This document shows, one piece after another, positions 37,703-45,062 of a DNA stretch of 45,062 nt; the stretch's first letter is position 1, and each line of letters begins with the position of its first letter. Source of the stretch: Octopus bimaculoides (lineage: Eukaryota); contig NC_068981.1 of NCBI RefSeq assembly GCF_001194135.2, positions 23,937,131-23,982,192 on the forward strand, given 5' to 3'. Made by a program: the position numbers and the translations under genes. Under the pieces are notes generated by a model. That model worked only from the letters and a program-made list of their open reading frames with translations, made no database searches and was not told the origin of the DNA.

Positions 37703-39334
37703 ATCATCATCACCACCACTACTTCATTTGAAATATTCTTCCAATTATTTATCAATCAAAAAAATACCTGTCCAATAAAATTTTTATCCCTTCTTCCATT
37801 ACATACATGTATGTGAATACATACACACACACACACACACACATACACACAAACACACACACACACACATGTATACACATATATATATACATATATATTA
37901 TATAGATACACACACATGTAAATGTAAACACGCACAAACACATATATATACAAAGCATATACATTCACAGACACACGCTATGTACATATATATGTGTGTA
38001 TATANNNNNNNNNNNNNNNNNNNNNNNNNNNNNNNNNNNNNNNNNNNNNNNNNNNNNNNNNNNNNNNNNNNNNNNNNNNNNNNNNNNNNNNNNNNNNNNN
38101 NNNNNNNNNNNNNNNNNNNNNNNNNNNNNNNNNNNNNNNNNNNNNNNNNNNNNNNTGTGTGTGCGTGTGTGTGTATGCATGTTTATCTATATATCTATAT
38201 ATGTACAACTATATATATATATCATATATATACATATATATGTGTGTGTATATGCATATAAATGCACACACACACATACAATATTGTATTTCGTCTCTTT
38301 TCATGAGTTCAATGCTTTACAGTTTATTCCCAATTTTCAATATATTTCCAATATATCAATTTCTCAGAGATTTCCAATGATATTAAATTTGCAAAGTTTT
38401 ATTACTTAATCCATTTGGTTTCAGAAAGTTGCGATTGAAATACACACAAACGCACACACACACACACATACACACACACACATGCACATATTTTGCATAT
38501 ATACACAAATCGTCATAGAAAATTACAACATATATTCAGACAGACTTGCGTACATACCTACCCACATACATACAGACACACACACGCATACACTCATATA
38601 TATATATATATACATAATATATATACATACTTATACTCCCCCACAAACACATATATATTGGCATGTAGGTAGCTACATATGTGTGAGAGTAGGCATGGGT
38701 CTGTATCATATATGCTTTCATATCTGCATTTGTATGTATGCATGCGTATATATGTGTCGGGACGTGGGCGTGGGGTGAATAAAGGTAGAATTTCAAAGAA
38801 GATCATATGTCCAATTGGCCAGGTAGTACTACGCTTTTCTAAACCTTTTATGAATTTTTAATAACAGAAAGTAGATTAAAACAGTTGGAAGCATGGCTAC
38901 GTGGTTAAAACGTTAGGTTCTAATCGCTCGGTTCGAGTTTATGTGATATTGCACTGTACTTTGGGGTATTTGTCTTCCTTGCCTTCTGTTGACCAATGAA
39001 TGCTATGTCAATGTAATTTGAAAGGCGGACAGACGGTGGCTATATGGAAGAATGGTATAACCTGACGCATGGTCGGACCGTCAGCGGTCTGACCAATGTT
39101 TTCGTTGCGGCTTATTTTAATACAATGTTTATGTGTACATTTTCATAAATGCTTGTCTGAGCACAATTCAATGCAAGCATGAAACATCTGACGAAAGTGA
39201 AATATTAGAAGCAAATCGAAATATTGCCCAATATTGACCTCAAAACTGTGCGACCCGATCTCATTTCCGAGGTTATTTTAGTGGTAAAAAAGAGTTGTTA
39301 TGCCAAAAACAAAGTTTATTTGGTAGCCTTTATA

Positions 39335-40193
39335 TTGGGTCATCCCATAAATAATGCGGATTTTTTTATACTTCTTTTATTTTTCAAAATTAAAATAAAC
39401 AAACTTCTTTTTTAATCTAAAATATAGTCTCCTTAATTTTCTACAATGCTCTTCCATTTACCTGGTAGACTTGCAAGGCCCCTCTTCAAAAATTCACTTG
39501 TCTGCAACGGAAAATACTCCTCCACTACTGTTCTGACCTCGTCTACGGAACTCATATTTTTACCGTCCAAATGATTTCGAAGACTGTGTAATAAATGATA
39601 ATCAGATGGGGCAATGACCAGCGAATACGATGAGTGTGATATCGTTTCCCATTGAAATTGTTCCAGCCTTTGGAATTTCATCCTCGCAGAATGTGGCCGA
39701 GCATTATCCTGAAGTGGGGCGGGGGTAAAAATCCAAACTTTTCTGCTAGTCCCTCAACAATTACGATGCGATTTTGTTCCACAAGTGTTTGTAGAACATC
39801 CTCGTCGAGCTCTACATATCTTCCAGGACGAGGCTTGTCTTCTAGACTGTAGTTTCCGGCTCGGAATTTCTGGAACCACAGTTGAGATTGGCTTCCGCTT
39901 ATTATCCGATCTCTATATACTGCATTAATATTCCTCGCACTCTACGTTGTTGTTGCTTGTATTGAACTCATAAAGCAAAATATGCCGAATATAGTCCTTT
40001 GTCACGTCCATTATAGTTTGGGAAAATTACTGTTGAAATTGAACCGCGCTCTTCAAAATTTGCACTAAAAATAATTACAAGGTAAAATTACGACCTACTT
40101 TTATAACAAGTTGGTGCAGGTAGTTTATCCCGTCCCCCGCCGACTTCTAGTTCATGCAATTGAAAAAACCGCATTACTTTTGGGATGACCCAG
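39335..40193 (-). mobile_element. Internally deleted mariner element with both TIRs and TA target duplication
   Basis: TIRs ttgggtcatcccataaataatgcgg and ccgcattacttttgggatgacccag, each flanked by TA. Minus-strand WFQKFRAGNYSLEDKPRPGR, QDNARPH and IAPSDYHL motifs. Confidence 0.92.
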
Positions 40194-40522
40194 TATATAT
40201 AACTAGATGATAAGTAGCTTTCTTTATTATAGAACACATGTGACTAATTCGGAGAAACATTACTTTCGTTATTCATACACCATCACTCTCGTAACGCAAC
40301 ATTTTGTAATTGAAAGTGTGAAACTATTTTCAATTTCTAATGAAATCTGGACGTTGTAGAGCAGCGTCTTTCAAATAACTGAAGCTGGTTGTTGATTGAG
40401 ATAACGTGAAAAATATGTAAATGAAAATAAAATTTATTTGGTATCCGAAAGATTACTGAGTCTTGTAACACCCCGTACATCAAAATCGGCAACTCAGTTT
40501 TCGAATGCATAAGGAACATACG

Positions 40523-40568
<46 letters not shown>

Positions 40569-40572
40569 CTCT

Positions 40573-40606
<34 letters not shown>

Positions 40607-40671
40607 TATATCCATGCATACTTACAAATGCATACATGGATATATATCTATTTTATATATACATATTCACA

Positions 40672-40790
40672 TATGGCGTTTGTTTTAGTGGTTAGCGTGT
40701 TCGGCTCACGAATGTAAGGTTCCGTGTTCGGTTCTTGACAGTGCGTAGTGTCCTTCAGCAAAACTGTTCCGTTCATTGGATTAACTTGCA
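40672..40790 (+). mobile_element. Degenerate tRNA-SINE head
   Basis: tagtggttagcgtgttcggctc...ggttcc..gtgtccttcagcaaa. Confidence 0.5.
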
Positions 40791-40862
40791 CACTCGACAT
40801 CACATCATGACGGACGGAGTGTCAGTTATTTGTTATCATACATATAAACACACACCTACATA

Positions 40863-41395
40863 TACCGGGTTATTCAAAAAGAAAGAGCAGGTTTTAAATT
40901 TATTTTAAAAATAAACGGTAAGAGATACAAGCACATTCTACATATTTCTTGATAGGGGAAGGTTTAAAGTTTATTTTAAGGTAGTAAGCACTCAACATGA
41001 GCACAATGAGCACCGGTGCTTTTTCCTTTACAAATGCAACCTTTTTCATTGGAATTTTTATGCCATTCGTAAATTTGCTTGTGACGTGGTGGATTTTCAT
41101 TGCATTGTAGGCGAAATTCACGTTGCACTTGCACAATCGATTCGCATTTCTCAAACTGCAACACACACAAAGACTTTTCTTGTGGCGTCGTTATTTTCTA
41201 AAGGATTACACAAATGAAAATTATACAACTTTAAATAAAATGAACAAAATGAAACATTAAAACATAATTAAAATATAATTTTATATACGGATTAATTCAA
41301 TTGATCATGTTCAGCTATAAACTCTAAACCTTCCCCTATCAAGAAAATAAATTTGAAATCTGCTCTTTTTTTTTTAATAACGTATATATACATAC
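40863..41395 (-). mobile_element. Tc1/mariner-superfamily deletion derivative with long TIRs and N-terminal HTH (DUF4817-like)
   Basis: Ends gttattcaaaaagaaagagcagg and ctgctctttttttttaataacg; inner inverted motif gataggggaaggttta at 40951 and 41320-41340. Minus ORF CVLQFEKCESIVQVQREFR..PPRHKQIYEWH..GCICKGK. Confidence 0.8.
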
Positions 41396-42151
41396 ATACA
41401 CACATATATATGTGTTTATACATATGTATATACATGCATAGTTATATGTGAGGGTAGAATTATATTGTATACAGTAGAATAAATAATATACTTTTGTATA
41501 GTTTTACAATTTTAAACATAAATTATATATTAAGCATTTACAAGAGTGGCCTCACACCACTGATCTGATAAGAGCTGCTCACTTCTCTTTCTGTTTTAAG
41601 ATCAGCTTGTAAATATCATGTCTATATGTTGCTCAATTGAAATCATCAAAAACATTAATTTATAGCCTGCATATTATGGCGCCTTACTTTATTTACTAAG
41701 TGTCGCGTTGGGATCTATTGACGTAATAAATGCTACTTGAGGCAAGAGTTGTGAACAGGAACTTTCCCTTGCTCTCACGATATAAAACTAAGGAAGTTCT
41801 CAGGAGAACTAAACAACATGTTGCTTATAAATTTATATCATAATAAACAGCTCATAGTTATTTACACGATATTTTAATACATTATTATAACGTAATAATC
41901 ATTAATATGTTTTTTCCGTAATATTATTTATCTCTTCACGTAAGATACCTTTTCCGTTTTGCTAATTCCGGAGTGTTTGGTATTTTTGTATTTATTTTTC
42001 CTTCTTTAAATATGTTAACAGACGCACGTATGTTTTGGTAGGCTGCGAGAGATAGTGGTGGCGAAATTTGAAAACTGTATTGTCATTGACATGTTTTCAA
42101 ATCTAAATTTGTTCTCACTGTGGAATCGCTCGAAACATCTTTCACAAAAAC

Positions 42152-42213
<62 letters not shown>
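42152..42213. repeat. (TATC)n microsatellite
   Basis: Direct reading. Confidence 0.95.
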
Positions 42214-42215
<2 letters not shown>

Positions 42216-42485
42216 GTGTTTGTATGTGCGTGCGTGTATGCCTGCGTGTACGTGTGTGTCTGTTTGTGTATGAAACAGCCTTGACCTGGCTGTCATAGAA
42301 AGAATATTATCCTTTGATTTTGGAAGCATAAAATATATATTGCATTACGCTCTCAAACGTACATTTTATTAAACTCTCAGTTTGGCTAATGGTCTGGCAG
42401 TCTTTGTCTTTCTCTCTCTCCCTCTCTCTCTCTTTCTTTCCCTCTCTCTCAGTGTATGCATATATATATATATGTGTATACACAG

Positions 42486-42534
<49 letters not shown>

Positions 42535-42958
42535 CACATGCAATACATGAATACATACATACTTACAAACATCATACAAAAGCAGTAAGAGCGAAGATGG
42601 TAAAATATAAACGATATTAAACGTACTTTTATCACAGGATATTTGAGACGGGGAAAAGAATACGCTGGCTTGGCAAGTGATAGATAAACGACATTATTCT
42701 TGTCACTACATATGTTGCTCACAAATACACACATTATCACTTGTTTGGCAAGTGACTTGATATGAAGCTATTTGTTGAGATTGAAGAACTTACATGGTTG
42801 GGGGCGCTATTTCAACAATTTAAAAGCATGCAAGACTTTACTCTGCGACCGCATATACCCGAATGTTGCATGGATTTTACTCTATCATAAACACATACAG
42901 AAGCACATATATATATATATATAACGTATGTACAAACACACACGCACGTGCGCATATA

Positions 42959-43081
<123 letters not shown>

Positions 43082-43251
43082 TTCAGTTGCAGGATTCGTT
43101 AGAATCTAGGTGTATCAAAAGCAAGTCAGCAGGGTTGGCTGGGTACGTAGTATTAAAACTACAACTTGATGAAACTTACAGTATATATACATACATACAT
43201 ACATACATACACGCACACACACATACACACATATATATATACATACACACA

Positions 43252-43290
<39 letters not shown>

Positions 43291-43293
<3 letters not shown>

Positions 43294-43644
43294 ATTGTCA
43301 GTAACTGTGATTAGGGCGTTAAGAAACTCCTACATTGCCAGAAATCAGAGCTAAACCACTCTAATGCTGTAGCTAACGCATATGAATAAAAACAGGGACC
43401 ATAGTCGTCCGAAAAGTGCCGATCGAGAATTCTTAATTCTGGCTTAACTGATGAGGCAATGGAAATTGCCGAAACTGACGTTAGTATCAACAATTCTCAA
43501 TCGGCACTTTTCGGATGGTTATGGTCCCTGTTAGTGCATATGTTTTCACTCATGTGCGTTAACTACAGCATTAGAGCCGTTTAGCTCTTATTTCTGGCAA
43601 TGTAGGTCTTTCCTTACACTCTAGTCACATTTAGTGTCAATTAT
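43291..43644. repeat. Fold-back: arms 43291-43431 and 43492-43644, 60-nt loop
   Basis: Inner ~103 bp differ at 11 positions plus a ~12-nt insertion in the right arm; outer ~40 bp are more diverged. Confidence 0.92.
43444..43490 (+). ncRNA. Minimal type I hammerhead ribozyme (Penelope-type)
   Basis: CUGAUGA 43448-54; stem II ggcaat/attgcc with GGAA tetraloop; GAAA 43471-74; near-palindromic stem III acugacguuagu; GUA cleavage triplet ending 43486; stem I uuaa/ucaa with one mismatch. Confidence 0.82.
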
Positions 43645-43714
43645 AATTCTTTTTGGTGAAATATTGCAAGCTGTTGTTTGTATTCATTATGTATATATAT
43701 ATAAGTAGGAATCT

Positions 43715-44455
43715 CTAACATACAAAGGGAAAAACGTTGCACAATACTAAAAGAAATAGACAAAGCCGTAAATTTCGCAGAATTGCCTCCTTTGAATAAA
43801 GTACACAAAGAAGAAAGAGTGACGTGGGCAAAAAAGATATATGAAGAGACACATTACAAATGTAGTTTTTACTGACTAGTGCAGAGTAACATTAGATGGA
43901 CCTGATGGATGGGCAAGGATGCGGGTGTTAAATGGAAAAAGTCAGCCAACACGATTAAGAAGACAGCAGGGTGGTGGAGGAATCATGTTTTGGGCTGGCT
44001 AGAGTTGGAGGAGACATTATAGGCACATTTAAGTTTGCTGATGGAGTCAATATAAATGCTGATAATTATTGCAAGTTTCTAGATGACAGCTTCTTCCATT
44101 GGTACAAGTCAACAGCGCGAAGTTTCCCGTTAAAGAGCATATTTAGGCATGATAATGCCCCTTCACACTCTGCCAAACTCACTAGTAACCATTTAGCTAA
44201 GAAAGGTTTCAAAGAACATAAGATAATGGAATGCTCCCACCCAATCTCCAGATCTCAATAAACAAGTTGAGGTCAGTTTTTTAAAAAGATGTATGTTTTA
44301 ATGGTAAATAATATTCAAACAAGGATTTACTATGGGAAGCAATAAAAACTGCTGCAAGTAATATTAAAAGTAAGATTGTTGAGAAATTGACAAAATCAGT
44401 TGATGAGAGAATATCTAAAGTTATAGATGGTAAAGGAGGCTATATAAAAATGTAA
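43715..44455 (+). mobile_element. Tc1/Tc3-type (DD34E-like) transposase remnant
   Basis: PPLNKVHKEERVTWAK, VVFTD*CRVTLDGPDGW, FRHDNAPSH, degenerate SPDLN and RISKVIDGKGGYI. Confidence 0.85.
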
Positions 44456-44804
44456 AATATATACATAATTGTTTGTAAATATAATTATATGGTGGAAGAT
44501 ATGCGTATATATTAATGTTCTGGTTATGTAATGTTCTATATGTAAATCACATGACATGTAGTTTATATAATACTTGTTCACATGCATAATAAAAAGCAAC
44601 ACTTTATAAACATGTTTTTCTTCATTTCCGCTTTAACTATACACCGATTTAGACGAAAAGTATTACAGATGTGGGGCCCATAATCCTACATATACCCTAA
44701 ATATTTCAAGAAAATCGGACAAGGGGTTTTGATTTTATTGAGGAATGATAGACTTACATAATAAAAGGAAACACAGTGTATGTATGTATGTATATATATT
44801 TTTT

Positions 44805-45005
44805 GCTGGCACTCCGTCGCTTACGACGTCGAGGGTTCCAGTTGATCCGATCAACGGAACAGCCTGCTCGTGAAATTAACGTGCAAGTGGCTGAGCACTC
44901 CACAGACACGTGTACCCTTAACTTAGTTCTCGGGGATATTCAGCGTGACACAGTGTGACAAAGCTGACCCTTTGAATTACAGGCACAACAGAAACAGGAA
45001 GTAAG
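44805..45005 (-). mobile_element. SINE body (same family as 23390-23712)
   Basis: Aligns by eye with 23395-23590. Confidence 0.75.
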
Positions 45006-45062
45006 AGTATATATACACGACGTTATTCTTTTATTTTTCAACTATATATATATACACGACGT

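Larger units (their letters stand above)
11003..38155. other. Seven assembly gaps: 11003-11256, 13257-13770, 15361-15730, 25979-26272, 30304-30525, 32688-32751, 38005-38155
   Basis: N runs, each bordered on at least one side by (TA)n or (TG)n. Confidence 0.99.

Overview
Repeat-dominated, AT-rich animal genomic DNA with seven N gaps. The tRNA-derived SINE families, dense (TA)/(GT)/(GTAT) microsatellites and LINE/DNA-transposon mix look like octopus; this is an inference from remembered repeat sequences, not a search. No intact protein-coding gene is evident, and most ORFs in the track are microsatellite or N-gap artefacts. The window holds decayed elements: CR1-clade and RTE LINEs, a Penelope-like element (RT + GIY-YIG), two hAT (Charlie/Buster) copies, mariner/Tc1 elements, a zinc-knuckle ORF1 with no ORF2, and many SINEs. 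Two structures stand out. (1) A disabled, apparently intronless unc-5 netrin-receptor Ig1 fragment (21541-21977, minus) lies between ~270-bp inverted repeats and is co-oriented with a 5'-truncated CR1 LINE. (2) A ~350-bp fold-back (43291-43644) has a 60-nt loop that is almost entirely a minimal hammerhead ribozyme with an intact catalytic core. A second, degenerate hammerhead-like repeat family also occurs, once in an inverted-repeat arrangement. All alignments and translations were done by eye.
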